From assembly GCA_963721685.1 (NCBI GenBank), contig CAVRJJ010000005.1, forward strand, positions 396,980 to 460,979: a stretch of DNA of 64,000 nucleotides, in the 5' to 3' direction. Source of the DNA: an uncultured bacterium (GTDB taxonomy: Bacteria; Patescibacteriota; Saccharimonadia; UBA4664; SCTI01). How positions within the stretch are numbered: the first letter of the stretch is position 1; every line of letters starts with the position of its first letter. A program made the position numbers and the translations under genes. The notes beneath the pieces were generated by a model. That model did no database searches. It had not been told where the DNA came from and saw nothing but the letters and a program-made list of their open reading frames with translations. This document shows, piece by piece, positions 9,822 through 20,094 of the stretch.

Positions 9822-10454
9822 ATGCAGGTAAGAAAAAACATTGCGATTGCGGGAGCAGCTACCGCAATCGGGCTTGCTTGGCTGATAGTGGGTGTCGCAT
9901 CAGCAGAAACGAGCAGCAGCTCAAGTTCGCTAGTCGATAAAGTGGCCGAAAAATTTAATCTAAATAAAGATGAAGTTCGAAACGGTTTTGATGAAAACCG
10001 CACAGAGCGTCAAGCTGAGCATGAGCAGCATTACGAAGAGCGCTTAACGCAAGCGGTAAAAGATGGGAAGCTAACTGAGGATCAGAAGTCCAAAGTTCTT
10101 GCTAAGCATAAGGAAGCTACAGGCTGAGATGGAAAAAAAGCGGGAGAGCATGGAAGCAGAACGCGATGCCATGGAAAGTAAATCAGAGGAAGAGCGTCAG
10201 GCGTTACGGGATCAGCGGCGCGATGAGATGAATAAGCAGCGAGCTGAACTTGAGAAGTGGGAGAGGACAATAATATTCCCACGGGCTACTTAGGACTAGG
10301 GGGTAAAGGTGGCCCAGGAGGCCGAGGGCATGGTCCTGGAGGCTTTCAGCAGTCAGTGAGTGTACATGAAAGTGGCGCCGAAAGGCGTCACTTTCATGTG
10401 AAGTATAGCCCCATGGTTAACCTGTTGGTTCCAAAATCCTACTTTGGGTTGTAA
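9822..10454 (+). pseudogene. secreted coiled-coil (Glu/Arg/Lys-rich) protein split over three frames
   Basis: Three consecutive overlapping track ORFs (9822..10127, 10099..10293, 10257..10454) read as one continuous signal peptide, coiled-coil and Gly-rich tail if two frameshifts are allowed. Confidence 0.35.
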
Positions 10455-10484
10455 AAATAATGGCTTTGCGAAGGTATAATTGCA

Positions 10485-10559
10485 TGGTGATCCCACGGGG
10501 ATTCGAACCCCGGTTGCCAGGATGAAAACCTGGTGTCCTAACCCCTAGACGATGGGACC
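10485..10559 (-). tRNA. tRNA-Glu (anticodon TTC), CCA encoded
   Basis: The reverse complement GGTCCCATCGTCTAGGGGTTAGGACACCAGGTTTTCATCCTGGCAACCGGGGTTCGAATCCCCGTGGGATCACCA folds as a cloverleaf with anticodon loop TTTTCAT. Confidence 0.9.
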
Positions 10560-10646
10560 AAGCCGTGTTTTAACCATGTTATGGTACCGTGCGCAACAGC
10601 TTTGCGCAAGGATTGTAGTATGCTTGAAATGAAGAGAAGGGACATC

Positions 10647-12059
10647 ATGCCAGCCAAGCCCAGTTTAAAGCGCACTAAAATATTAGCGACCATCGGGCCC
10701 GCTACCAGTAGCTATGAAATGATGTTCGCCCTTTGCAAGGCCGGGGCAAATGGGGTGCGGGTAAACATGTCGCATGGCAGCCATGAAGGCCACGCCAAAG
10801 TGATTGCCCTGGCTCGCAAGATTAGTGGGGAGCAAAATAAGCCAGTTTCGGTGGTGGTCGATTTGCAAGGCCCTAAAATTCGCCTAGGCGAACTGCCGGA
10901 GGATGGGCTGGAGCTGCAAGAGGGGAACGAGGTCGAGTTTGTGTTGGCTGATTCCTATGAGAGCGGTGGGCCGATCCCCATCCAGTATGACCTCAGCAAG
11001 TATGTGAAGGTTGGCGACCCGGTGTTTCTGCGCGACGGTATGGTGCAGGTGGAGGTTACGGGCAAGAAAGGGGAGTCGTTTACCGCGCGGGTGCTCAATA
11101 GCGGCACGGTGTTTAGTAAGCAGGGGATTAATTTGCCGGAAACCGATTTTGGCGGAGAGATCTTGACCCCCAAAGACTTAGAAGACTTGCAGTTCGCGCA
11201 TGACCAACAGGCTGATTATGTAGCGCTGTCGTTCGTGCAAGCGGCGAGCGATATCGAGAGCCTGCGCCAACGCTTGAAGGATATGAAATCCGATTGCGGA
11301 ATCCTCGCAAAAATTGAAACCAAGGCCGCGGCGGAGGAGGTTGAGGAAATCGTGAAGGCGGCCGATGGGGCAATTGTGGCGCGGGGTGACTTGGCGGTAG
11401 AAACCTTGCCAGAGCAAGTGCCGGTCATCCAAAAGCGGGTGATTGAAAGCGCCCGCCAGTATCAGAAAATCGCGATTGTGGCTACCCAAATGCTGGAGTC
11501 GATGATCCATTCACCCCAGCCAACGCGGGCTGAGGTGCAGGATGTGGCCACGGCGGTAGCCCAAGGCGCCGACGCGGTGATGCTTTCGGGTGAGTCGGCG
11601 GTGGGGGAGTATCCGGTGGAAACAGTGGCCTTAATGCGGCGGATTATTGTGTACACCGAAAACCATCGTTGGCAAAATATCACCGCCAAGGCCTTTGGCA
11701 GTGATACCCAAACCAATGCCATTTCGGCGGCGGCCATTACCTTGGGGCAAAAAATGAAAGCCAAGTTTATTTTAGCTGAAACGGTTTCGGGCCGGACCGT
11801 GCGCAATCTGTGCTCCTTTCGCCCGGAAGAGCTGGTAATTGCCGTTACTCCCAGGCAGCGGGTGTATCAGCGGCTGGGGTTGGTATGGGGCGCGCGCTGC
11901 TATCTTATTAGCGACCCGGTCAAAGCGGCCGAGGAGAGCATGAACTTACTGCGTAAAGAGCACAATGTGGTAAAGGGGGATATTGTGGTGCGGGCTTCCG
12001 GACAACGCCCGGGCGTTGAAGGTGGTACCGACACTATTCAGGTGCAAGTAGTTTCGTGA
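10647..12059 (+). CDS. pyk: pyruvate kinase
   Basis: Motifs TKILATIGPAT, MSHGSHE, and a barrel/A-domain pattern. The start was chosen at MPAKP (RBS gaaggga) rather than the track start, which abuts the tRNA. Confidence 0.9.
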   Translation: MPAKPSLKRTKILATIGPATSSYEMMFALCKAGANGVRVNMSHGSHEGHAKVIALARKISGEQNKPVSVVVDLQGPKIRLGELPEDGLELQEGNEVEFVLADSYESGGPIPIQYDLSKYVKVGDPVFLRDGMVQVEVTGKKGESFTARVLNSGTVFSKQGINLPETDFGGEILTPKDLEDLQFAHDQQADYVALSFVQAASDIESLRQRLKDMKSDCGILAKIETKAAAEEVEEIVKAADGAIVARGDLAVETLPEQVPVIQKRVIESARQYQKIAIVATQMLESMIHSPQPTRAEVQDVATAVAQGADAVMLSGESAVGEYPVETVALMRRIIVYTENHRWQNITAKAFGSDTQTNAISAAAITLGQKMKAKFILAETVSGRTVRNLCSFRPEELVIAVTPRQRVYQRLGLVWGARCYLISDPVKAAEESMNLLRKEHNVVKGDIVVRASGQRPGVEGGTDTIQVQVVS

Positions 12060-12119
12060 TATGAACGCCGTCGCACAATATACTTGGCGACAGCATAAGC
12101 TTTTTGCTAAACTAGCGGT

Positions 12120-13334
12120 ATGAAGTTTCGAACCCTCCGCGACCTAAGCCTCAAAAATAAAAAGGTGCTGCTCAGGGTTGACTATAACGTGCCGGTTTCC
12201 GGCGGTATAGTTGGTGACCCCCTGCGGATTGAGGCATCTTTTGACACCATCCGCTATTTGCTTGACCGTAGCTGCAGCATTATATTAGTGAGCCATCTGG
12301 GCCGCCCGGAGGGCAAGAAGGTGCCGGAGTTAAGCCTGAAGCCGGTGGCCAAGCGGGCTAGCGAAATGCTTGGCCAGGATATTACGTTTGTGCCTGACTG
12401 CGTGGGGCCGAAAGCCGCAGCGGCGGCCGCGGCATTAAGGCCCGGTGAGATTATTTTGCTGGAAAATACCCGGTTCCACAAGGAGGAAGATACTAACGAT
12501 CCGGTCTTCGCAAAAGCGTTGGCGAGCCTGGCTGAAGTGTATGTTGACGACGCTTTTGCCAACATCCACCGCAAGCACGCTTCCATTGTGGGGGTTACCC
12601 ATTTTTTGGACGGCGCCGCGGGAATATTGGTTGAAAAAGAGGTTAAGTATGTGAGCGGCGCGTTGCTGCATCCGGCAAAACCGCGGGTGGCAATTGTCGG
12701 CGGAGCCAAGGTCTCTACAAAACTTGGCGTGCTGGAGCATTTAATTAAGCATGTCGACCGTTTGGCGATAGGCGGGGCGATGGCCAACACCTTTCTCGCC
12801 GAGGCTGGTCACGAGGTAGGCATGAGTAAGCAGGAACCGGAATTATTTGGCGAGGTCCGCCGGATCCGGGATGAAGCCGAAGCGGCCGGAGTGGAAATTG
12901 TGCTGCCGGAAGACGGAGTTGTCGTTTCAAAGTCGCTTAGCGAGGGCCCGGCCCGGTTTGTGCACTTAAATGAGGTGGCCAAAGACGATTACATCGTTGA
13001 TTTTGGACCAAAGACGGTAGCGGATATTATTCACCCGCTTAATTTTCACGGCAGTGTGCTCTGGAACGGCCCGTTAGGCATCACCGAAGTGCCGGCTTTT
13101 GCCCATGGCTCGCGTATGCTGGCTGATAATATTATAGAGTCGGGCGTTTCTTGCATAATTGGAGGCGGAGAGACGGCCGCCTTTGTGAATGAGCAAGGTT
13201 TGCATGACGAGTTTAGCTGGGTGTCAACCGGGGGAGGGGCAAGTTTAGCCCTGATGTCGGGGAGTGAGCTTCCAGGATTAACGGCGTTGCGCAAAGAGGG
13301 TTCTCGGACGCTGGCGTCGCTTGGACGCCGTTAA
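12120..13334 (+). CDS. pgk: phosphoglycerate kinase
   Basis: 404 aa with motifs LLRVDYNVP, VSHLGRP, and GGGASL. Confidence 0.95.
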   Translation: MKFRTLRDLSLKNKKVLLRVDYNVPVSGGIVGDPLRIEASFDTIRYLLDRSCSIILVSHLGRPEGKKVPELSLKPVAKRASEMLGQDITFVPDCVGPKAAAAAAALRPGEIILLENTRFHKEEDTNDPVFAKALASLAEVYVDDAFANIHRKHASIVGVTHFLDGAAGILVEKEVKYVSGALLHPAKPRVAIVGGAKVSTKLGVLEHLIKHVDRLAIGGAMANTFLAEAGHEVGMSKQEPELFGEVRRIRDEAEAAGVEIVLPEDGVVVSKSLSEGPARFVHLNEVAKDDYIVDFGPKTVADIIHPLNFHGSVLWNGPLGITEVPAFAHGSRMLADNIIESGVSCIIGGGETAAFVNEQGLHDEFSWVSTGGGASLALMSGSELPGLTALRKEGSRTLASLGRR

Positions 13335-13366
13335 GAAACCTACCATAAGCGTGTTATTATAACGGT

Positions 13367-14137
13367 ATGAAACACTTTACTATTGTTGGTAACTGGAAAA
13401 TGCACCAATCGCCGGAGCAGGCGGAGCGGCTGGTACGAAAACTCCAGGAGAAGGCTAAGCCCCAAACCCATGTGACAGCGGTGCTGTGCCCCCCGTTTAT
13501 TTCAATCCCCGCCGTTAAGAAAATGGCGGAAGACGACTTGTTTAAACTGGGAGCCCAAAACCTCAACGAGAATGATGAGGGGCCGAATACCGGTGAAGTG
13601 TCGGGTGCCATGCTTAAAGACCTGGTTGAATATGTGATAGTTGGCCATTCTGAGCGGCGTCAGCTGGAACATGAAAGCGACAAGCGGATTGCTAAAAAAG
13701 TAGCGGCGGCGCTGCGCCACGGGCTAACGCCGATTTTGTGTGTGGGGGAGAAGCTGAACGACCGCCAGGATGGCCATGCCCGCCGGGTGGTGGTAGACCA
13801 ACTCCATACCGGCTTAAGCCAGATCACCGCTGAAGAAGTTAGTAAGTTAATCGTTGCCTACGAGCCGGTGTGGGCGATCGGCACCGGCGAGTTTGCCGCT
13901 CCCGACCAAGTGGAACCGGTGGTGGGGGTTATCCGCCAAACGGTGGAAGAGATGTTTGGCGAAGGTGCCAGCGGATCACTTGAAATCCTTTACGGCGGCA
14001 GCGCTACACCCGATAATGTGAAAGCCTACCTGTCACTGCGCCATATCAGCGGTCTGCTGGTTGGTGGTGCCAGTCTTAATTACGAGCAATTTTCCGAGAT
14101 GTTGGCAACGGCTGCCAGTCTTTCCCATGGCCGCTAA
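13367..14137 (+). CDS. tpiA: triosephosphate isomerase
   Basis: Motifs VGNWKM, VGHSERR, AYEPVWAIGTG, and GGASL. Confidence 0.95.
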   Translation: MKHFTIVGNWKMHQSPEQAERLVRKLQEKAKPQTHVTAVLCPPFISIPAVKKMAEDDLFKLGAQNLNENDEGPNTGEVSGAMLKDLVEYVIVGHSERRQLEHESDKRIAKKVAAALRHGLTPILCVGEKLNDRQDGHARRVVVDQLHTGLSQITAEEVSKLIVAYEPVWAIGTGEFAAPDQVEPVVGVIRQTVEEMFGEGASGSLEILYGGSATPDNVKAYLSLRHISGLLVGGASLNYEQFSEMLATAASLSHGR

Positions 14138-15512
14138 AAGCCTGTTTTTTCTTGGCATCACCGGCCATACCATGCGCGGCTTGGCGTTGGCCGCCAAACA
14201 GCTGGGATATGAAGTTAGCGGCAGCGATGAATATTCCTATTCCGTACCCGGCGAGGACGCCCTGGATACAACGGGCATCGCGTGGGGTAAACAAGCGGAC
14301 CCCTCTTTATTGAAAGGCGTTGATACCTTAATTATTAGCGGGGGCACCGCGGCGGATGATGCCATGGTGGCAGCGGCCCGGCAGCAGAACATAGCGGTTA
14401 AATCATACGCCGAGTTTGTGGGCGAGTTAACTAAGAGTAAGCGCCGCATTGTCATCGCCGGTACCCATGGCAAAACCACCACGAGTTCATTGGTTGCCTG
14501 GCTGTTGGAATCGGCGGGCCGCCAGCCCGATTATTTAATTGGCGTCCGGCCCCATAATTTTCCTTCCAGCGTACGGCTCAGCGACAGCCGCGTAATGGTG
14601 TTGGAAGGGGATGAATACAAAGCCTCCGCGCTTGACGGCCATTCCAAATTTTGGTTCTACCGTCCGGATGTCCTGGTGGTGACCTCTTTGGAGATGGACC
14701 ACCCCGATATGTTTGAAAACCTGGCCGCGATCCAAGGCCGTTTTCGCGAGCTGCTGCAGGCAATGCCAATAGACGGGATGTTGGTGTATTGGAAAGGCTC
14801 TGAAGCGCTGCGCGACGTGGCCGACGGTTTAGGCATAGCGGCCCAGTCGTACGGCGAGGGCGGCGATATACAGGTTGACCATGTCAGCTTTAGCGCTACC
14901 GGGATTTCCTTCGATCTTTACAATAATGAAAAATATATTGGGCATTTCGCGGCACCCCTCTATGGCCGCCACAACGTGAATAATAGTATGGCCGCGGTGG
15001 TCGTGGCACTTGGCGAAGGACTGGCCATTGAAGAAATCCAGGAAGGCTTGCAGACATTTCGCGGCGCCGCCCGGCGATTTGATGTGGTTTCACCGCCACA
15101 AGCCGAGATACGGGTAGTGGATGATTACGCCCATCACCCCAGTGAAATCGCGACAACTATTGAGGCGGCACGGTTGCATTTTAGCGGGCGGGTAGTCGCA
15201 GTGGTACGACCTCATACCTATTCCCGGGTTAAAGAATTGTTACCGGGTTACCGCGAGGCGGTCCAAGGGGCGGACATATCCTTTGTAACCGACATTGAAA
15301 GTGCTCGTGAATCCGAAGGAACAACCGATATCTCCGGAGCGGACATTACCCGCGATAATGGGGCTCATGTTTATTACGAACCGGACCGGACAAAGCTGGT
15401 AGAGCGCATACGTGAAGCGGCCCGGCCGGGTGACGTGGTGCTATCGATGACGGTTGGCGGCTATGACGGTTTGGCGGCGGAACTTGCCGCCCAGCTTAAC
15501 CGCCAGGACTAA
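14127..15512 (+). CDS. murC: Mur ligase, MurC/Mpl-like (UDP-N-acetylmuramate--L-alanine ligase family)
   Basis: The N-terminus LFFLGITGHTMRGLALAAKQLGYEVSGSD and GTHGKTTTSSL are Mur ligase signatures, and the N-terminus resembles Mpl more than MurC. The start ATG at 14127 overlaps the tpiA end by 11 nt. Confidence 0.75.
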   Translation: MAAKSLFFLGITGHTMRGLALAAKQLGYEVSGSDEYSYSVPGEDALDTTGIAWGKQADPSLLKGVDTLIISGGTAADDAMVAAARQQNIAVKSYAEFVGELTKSKRRIVIAGTHGKTTTSSLVAWLLESAGRQPDYLIGVRPHNFPSSVRLSDSRVMVLEGDEYKASALDGHSKFWFYRPDVLVVTSLEMDHPDMFENLAAIQGRFRELLQAMPIDGMLVYWKGSEALRDVADGLGIAAQSYGEGGDIQVDHVSFSATGISFDLYNNEKYIGHFAAPLYGRHNVNNSMAAVVVALGEGLAIEEIQEGLQTFRGAARRFDVVSPPQAEIRVVDDYAHHPSEIATTIEAARLHFSGRVVAVVRPHTYSRVKELLPGYREAVQGADISFVTDIESARESEGTTDISGADITRDNGAHVYYEPDRTKLVERIREAARPGDVVLSMTVGGYDGLAAELAAQLNRQD

Positions 15513-16558
15513 AAAGCAATCAGCTCCGGTTCTTGCAGCAGGGTAATGCCAAACTTTTGTTCGACGGCACTTATAACTCTGTCGCGGAACGCCAAAATCT
15601 CTTCGGGCCCTTTACGCCCAGGGTTGATGAGGGTAATGGCTTGCTTGTCGTAGATGCCAACCCCGTTTTCCATAACACCTTTAAAACCGCACTGCTCTAC
15701 CAGCCAGGCGGCGGCTAGCTTAACGCTGCCGTAGGGCATTGGCCATCCGGGCAGATCGGGATGCGCGGCTTGAAGGCCAGCCGCTATTTCAGCCGGGACA
15801 AGGGGGTTGCTGAAAAAAGACCCAACGGTAGGGATTTGAGCTGGATCGGGCAACCGCGCTTGGCGAATGGCAATTACGGTATCACGAATATCGGCAACAC
15901 TGGGACTGCTAATGCCCTTTGCTGTTAACTGGGCTTGAAGCCTGGGGTAATTGGCGGGTTGACTCCCGGAGGCAGGGGATAAACGCAGGCTGACACTGGT
16001 AATAATGTAACGGCCGCGGCCGGCGTGCTTAAACAGGCTATCGCGATAGCCAAATTGGCAATCGACGTTGGTGAGTACCACCATTTTTTCGGTTTCCAGG
16101 TCATACGCCTCTAGCTGGGTTAAGGTTTCTGCAAGTTCCTGCCCGTAGGCACCGATATTCTGAACCGGTGCCCCCCCGACCGTCCCGGGAATGAGCGATA
16201 GGGCTTCTATACCATGGAGGTTTTGTTCAACCGACCACGCGACCAGTTGGTCCCAGTTTTCTCCGGCACCCACGGTGACTTCGGTATAGCCGTCGGTTTG
16301 GCTGGTAATAGCGCGGCCGGGAATTTCGATTTTTAATGCTACGCAACGCAAATGGGTTTGGCTTATTACAATGTTGGATCCGCCCCCTAAGACGAATATC
16401 GGCAACGCTTGTTGACGGGATAAAGCAATGGCATTCGGTAATTGATTAAGGTCTGTTATATGAATCAGGTAGTCGGCGGAAGCGGCGATTGCCAGTGTAT
16501 TAAGGGGACCAAGGTCTGCGTTGGAAACAGTGGAAAGCGACATAGCTGCATTATACAC
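15509..16558 (-). CDS. murB: UDP-N-acetylenolpyruvoylglucosamine reductase
   Basis: Motifs LGGGSNIV, GAGENW, and IPGTVGGAPVQNIGAYG. Confidence 0.9.
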   Translation of the reverse strand: MYNAAMSLSTVSNADLGPLNTLAIAASADYLIHITDLNQLPNAIALSRQQALPIFVLGGGSNIVISQTHLRCVALKIEIPGRAITSQTDGYTEVTVGAGENWDQLVAWSVEQNLHGIEALSLIPGTVGGAPVQNIGAYGQELAETLTQLEAYDLETEKMVVLTNVDCQFGYRDSLFKHAGRGRYIITSVSLRLSPASGSQPANYPRLQAQLTAKGISSPSVADIRDTVIAIRQARLPDPAQIPTVGSFFSNPLVPAEIAAGLQAAHPDLPGWPMPYGSVKLAAAWLVEQCGFKGVMENGVGIYDKQAITLINPGRKGPEEILAFRDRVISAVEQKFGITLLQEPELIAF

Positions 16559-16614
16559 CCGATAATGAGGTCATTTTATTGCTTTTCAAAACGTTTATGC
16601 TTAAAGTAGGAAGC

Positions 16615-17868
16615 ATGAATTGTCCCAATTGCGGCTCTGCTATGTCCGCGTCAAAGATTAGCTGGTTGTGCCTTGACTGCGGCCACATTGAGCAGAGCAC
16701 TGAAGCGATACCTGAAGAAACGAAAAGTCCAGCGCAGCCAGTGTCTGAACCAGCCGCGATATCAAGTGAACCGGCCGCCCCTCAACCTGAAGCGCTGCCA
16801 GGCCCTCAAGAACTTGCCGCTGACGTGCAGGGTAATGTGTCCGATGGAATTAATCCGGCAACACCGATGACCCCCAGTGTAGCGGTGCCCCCGGTAAGCG
16901 CCACGCCCTCGCCCACAAGTTCCGTTTCGTCAGTCGCGCCTGACTTAGGGCAAAACCGCCGGAAGCCATTGCTTATTGGCGGAGCAGCACTGCTTGCAGT
17001 GCTTTTAGTGGCCGCGACCGGCTTAAAATTGTTTTGGTATGATCCACAAAATGCCCCGATGGCGTATTTTTCCAAGGTGGCCGCGGCTAAGACCGGCTCT
17101 TTTCAGGCTAATGTTAATTACAAGACCGACAACAAAGGCAACGACTTGTTTGGCATAGGCAACAACGCGACCCTAAAAGCCAGCGGAGCATATGATCTCG
17201 CGGATGAAAAGAACCCTAAGACCGATATCAAGCTAAATTTTAAGGCCAGCCAGTTTGAGATTGGTGGGCGCCTCATCACCATGCCCAAAACGCTTTATTT
17301 CCAGCTTTCAGATGCCGGTTTTCTATCGATGTTAGGTATTAAGGGGGGCAACGAATGGTACAAGTTCCCGCTTGAAAAAAGCAAGGAAGATGAGAAAGAA
17401 TGTGTTGATCCCAAAAACGCCAAGGTAAACAGCTATTTTGGCGCTACCATCCCAGCCCAAATTCCGGTTAATAAAGCCCGACGCGTGGGACTCTATGAAA
17501 AAGTTGCCGGTCATACCACGACGCACTATACCGGGACGATTGATTTTAATAAGCTCCAAAAAATTGTGGACACAGCCAACAAAGGGATGAGCGCTGACTG
17601 CAAGATAGAATTATCAAAAGAGGACTATAAAGATTTAACCATTTCCTATGACCTCTGGACTAGTAAATCATTTGACCGCATAGTGCTTAAAATGGTAAGT
17701 ACCGGCAAGGATACTAAGGGGACGAGCATTGTCACCGTAGACTCCTCCGGCTACAACAAAGCGGTTAAAATCGAGGCCCCCAAAGGCGCCAAAGACTTTT
17801 CATTATTTAATGACCTAGAAGGCAGCTTTAATACTGAGTTTGAAAGTCCCGAACCAGTCCTTAACTAA
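16615..17868 (+). CDS. hypothetical protein: N-terminal zinc ribbon (CPNCGS..CLDCGH), Pro-rich linker, TM, extracytoplasmic domain
   Basis: The start was chosen at MNCPNCGS (RBS aggaag). There is a TM (LLIGGAALLAVLLVAATGL). No recognised family. Confidence 0.45.
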   Translation: MNCPNCGSAMSASKISWLCLDCGHIEQSTEAIPEETKSPAQPVSEPAAISSEPAAPQPEALPGPQELAADVQGNVSDGINPATPMTPSVAVPPVSATPSPTSSVSSVAPDLGQNRRKPLLIGGAALLAVLLVAATGLKLFWYDPQNAPMAYFSKVAAAKTGSFQANVNYKTDNKGNDLFGIGNNATLKASGAYDLADEKNPKTDIKLNFKASQFEIGGRLITMPKTLYFQLSDAGFLSMLGIKGGNEWYKFPLEKSKEDEKECVDPKNAKVNSYFGATIPAQIPVNKARRVGLYEKVAGHTTTHYTGTIDFNKLQKIVDTANKGMSADCKIELSKEDYKDLTISYDLWTSKSFDRIVLKMVSTGKDTKGTSIVTVDSSGYNKAVKIEAPKGAKDFSLFNDLEGSFNTEFESPEPVLN

Positions 17869-17892
17869 AGCGCCGCCTGTTAAAATAGAAGA

Positions 17893-20094
17893 GTGACTGA
17901 TTTATTAAGCAGCTTGAATGAGCCCCAGCGTGAAGCAGTGCTTACGACCGAGGGGCCCGTATTAATGTTGGCCGGAGCCGGCAGCGGCAAAACCAAGGCT
18001 CTTACCCATCGTATTGCCTATCTGGTAGCGGAAAAGCAAGTACGGCCATCTAACATCTTGGCTGTGACCTTCACCAATAAAGCGGCAGGCGGAATGCGCC
18101 AGCGGGTATTAAGTTTGCTTGGCCGCGGGGTGGAAGACCGCCAGTACTTTCCCTACATTGGGACGTTCCACGCGATTTCCTGCCGGATGCTGCGCCGGGA
18201 TTATAAAGCCGCCGGCTTAAGCTCTACTTTTACCATTTTTGATATGGCCGATAGTTTAAGCGCCATCAAGCAGGCAATGCGCCAAATTGGGGTGGATGAA
18301 AAGCGGTTTACTCCAAGCCTGATGGCTAATTTAATTTCAAGCGCCAAGAACCAGCTAATTGGTCCCGACCGCTACGCAAGTTATGTGAAAGGTGAGGCCG
18401 GGGAAACCGCGGCCCAGATATACCCCCGCTATCAGCGCATCTTAACCGAAGCCAACGCCGTCGATTTTGATGACATTATTATGAAAACCGTCCAATTATT
18501 GCGTGACCCGGAATTATTGAAGCGTTGGCAGGAGCAATTCCATTATATTTTAATTGACGAGTATCAAGATACCAACCAGGCCCAGTACCAACTTACCCGC
18601 CTGCTTGCCGCCAAACATCACAATATTTGCGTAGTTGGTGACGACTGGCAAGCCATTTATTCCTGGCGGGGCGCTAACTTCCAAAACATTTTAGATTTTG
18701 AGAAAGACTATCCTCAGGCGAAGGTGATTAAGCTGGAGCAAAATTACCGATCCAGTAAAAACATTTTGGACGGCGCCCACGCCATTATTAGCAAAAACCA
18801 TGTCCGTTCGGATAAAAAGCTGTGGACAGATGCCGACGGAGGTTCCGGCATAAAGGTCTTAACAACCTACGACCAACAGCAGGAAGGTGATACGATTGCC
18901 ATGACCATTGAACGAACCATGCGTGAAAGCCACACCTTACAGCGGGGGTCTAGCACTATCAAGCGGAGCGCGCAGCTTAAGGATTTCGCGGTGCTTTATC
19001 GCATGACCGCCCAATCACGGGCTTTGGAAGAGGCATTCTTGCGCCATAACATCCCCTATAAAATTGTTGGCGGAACGCGTTTTTACGAGCGGAAGGAAAT
19101 CAAGGACGTGCTGGCCTATTTGCGGTTTATCAATAATCCCGATGATATTATTAGCTTTGGCCGCGTGGTAAATGTACCCGCCCGAGGATTGGGAGAGCGC
19201 AGCATGGAGCGGCTGTTGGCTTATGGCCGCGAGCACCAGCTGTCAATCCTGGATACCCTGCAGGCGGCTGGATCAATTGAAGCGCTTACGCCGCGTGCGC
19301 GCAAAGCGCTTACTGATTTCTCAACCGTAATAGTAAGTCTTCGCGGTCAAGTGGATGCCCTGCCCGTGGCGGAGCTGCTTCAGCAAACGGTTAAGCAAAC
19401 CGGCTACCTGGCATCATTGGAAGATGGCAGCGTGCTCGCGGGTGACCGCATCGAAAATGTGAAAGAGCTGTTGAGCGTCACGGCCGCTTACGACGGCATG
19501 GGGTTAAACGAATTCCTCGAAGAAATCGCGCTGATCACCGACCTTGATAATTACTCCACTGAAACCAACGCGGTTACTTTAATGACCCTGCACGCGGCGA
19601 AGGGTTTGGAATTTCCGGTGATTTTCATGCCCGGTATGGAGGAAGGCATTTTCCCCCACAACCGCAGCCTTGGTGATGGTGCCCAAATGGAGGAGGAACG
19701 CCGTCTCTGTTATGTCGGGATGACCCGCGCCAAGCAAGAGCTTTATTTGCTCCATGCCCAATCCCGGCTGCTCCATGGCCAGGTTCAGCACAACCCCCCG
19801 TCGCGCTTTCTTCTAGATGTGCCGCTGGAGGTACAGGACGCTGCTAACGCGGTGCGGCCATCGGGAAGGCTTGAGGTTAGCCCGGCGGGCTGGGGCCAGG
19901 TTCAAGCGGCACCAGAGCTGGCACCAGAGCTGGCACCGGAAAAAGCCGATTTAGCACCGGGAGATAAGATCCGCCACGCTAAGTTTGGCGAAGGAATTGT
20001 TATTGGCGCTAAGGGGGATGACTTAACCGCCGCCTTTGAAGGAATCGGCACCAAGCATTTAAGCTTATCCTTTGCTCCGGTTGAAAAACTATAA
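17893..20094 (+). CDS. pcrA: ATP-dependent DNA helicase PcrA/UvrD
   Basis: 733 aa with Walker A AGAGSGKT, motif TFTNKAA, ILIDEYQDTN, and LEQNYRS. Confidence 0.9.
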   Translation: MTDLLSSLNEPQREAVLTTEGPVLMLAGAGSGKTKALTHRIAYLVAEKQVRPSNILAVTFTNKAAGGMRQRVLSLLGRGVEDRQYFPYIGTFHAISCRMLRRDYKAAGLSSTFTIFDMADSLSAIKQAMRQIGVDEKRFTPSLMANLISSAKNQLIGPDRYASYVKGEAGETAAQIYPRYQRILTEANAVDFDDIIMKTVQLLRDPELLKRWQEQFHYILIDEYQDTNQAQYQLTRLLAAKHHNICVVGDDWQAIYSWRGANFQNILDFEKDYPQAKVIKLEQNYRSSKNILDGAHAIISKNHVRSDKKLWTDADGGSGIKVLTTYDQQQEGDTIAMTIERTMRESHTLQRGSSTIKRSAQLKDFAVLYRMTAQSRALEEAFLRHNIPYKIVGGTRFYERKEIKDVLAYLRFINNPDDIISFGRVVNVPARGLGERSMERLLAYGREHQLSILDTLQAAGSIEALTPRARKALTDFSTVIVSLRGQVDALPVAELLQQTVKQTGYLASLEDGSVLAGDRIENVKELLSVTAAYDGMGLNEFLEEIALITDLDNYSTETNAVTLMTLHAAKGLEFPVIFMPGMEEGIFPHNRSLGDGAQMEEERRLCYVGMTRAKQELYLLHAQSRLLHGQVQHNPPSRFLLDVPLEVQDAANAVRPSGRLEVSPAGWGQVQAAPELAPELAPEKADLAPGDKIRHAKFGEGIVIGAKGDDLTAAFEGIGTKHLSLSFAPVEKL

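Noticed and set aside
10683-13294. Numerous minus-strand or alternate-frame ORFs inside pyk, pgk and tpiA (for example 11178..11510 -, 12254..12790 -, 12435..12740 -).
   Set aside because: They are fully embedded antisense or off-frame in genes with unambiguous glycolytic enzyme signatures.
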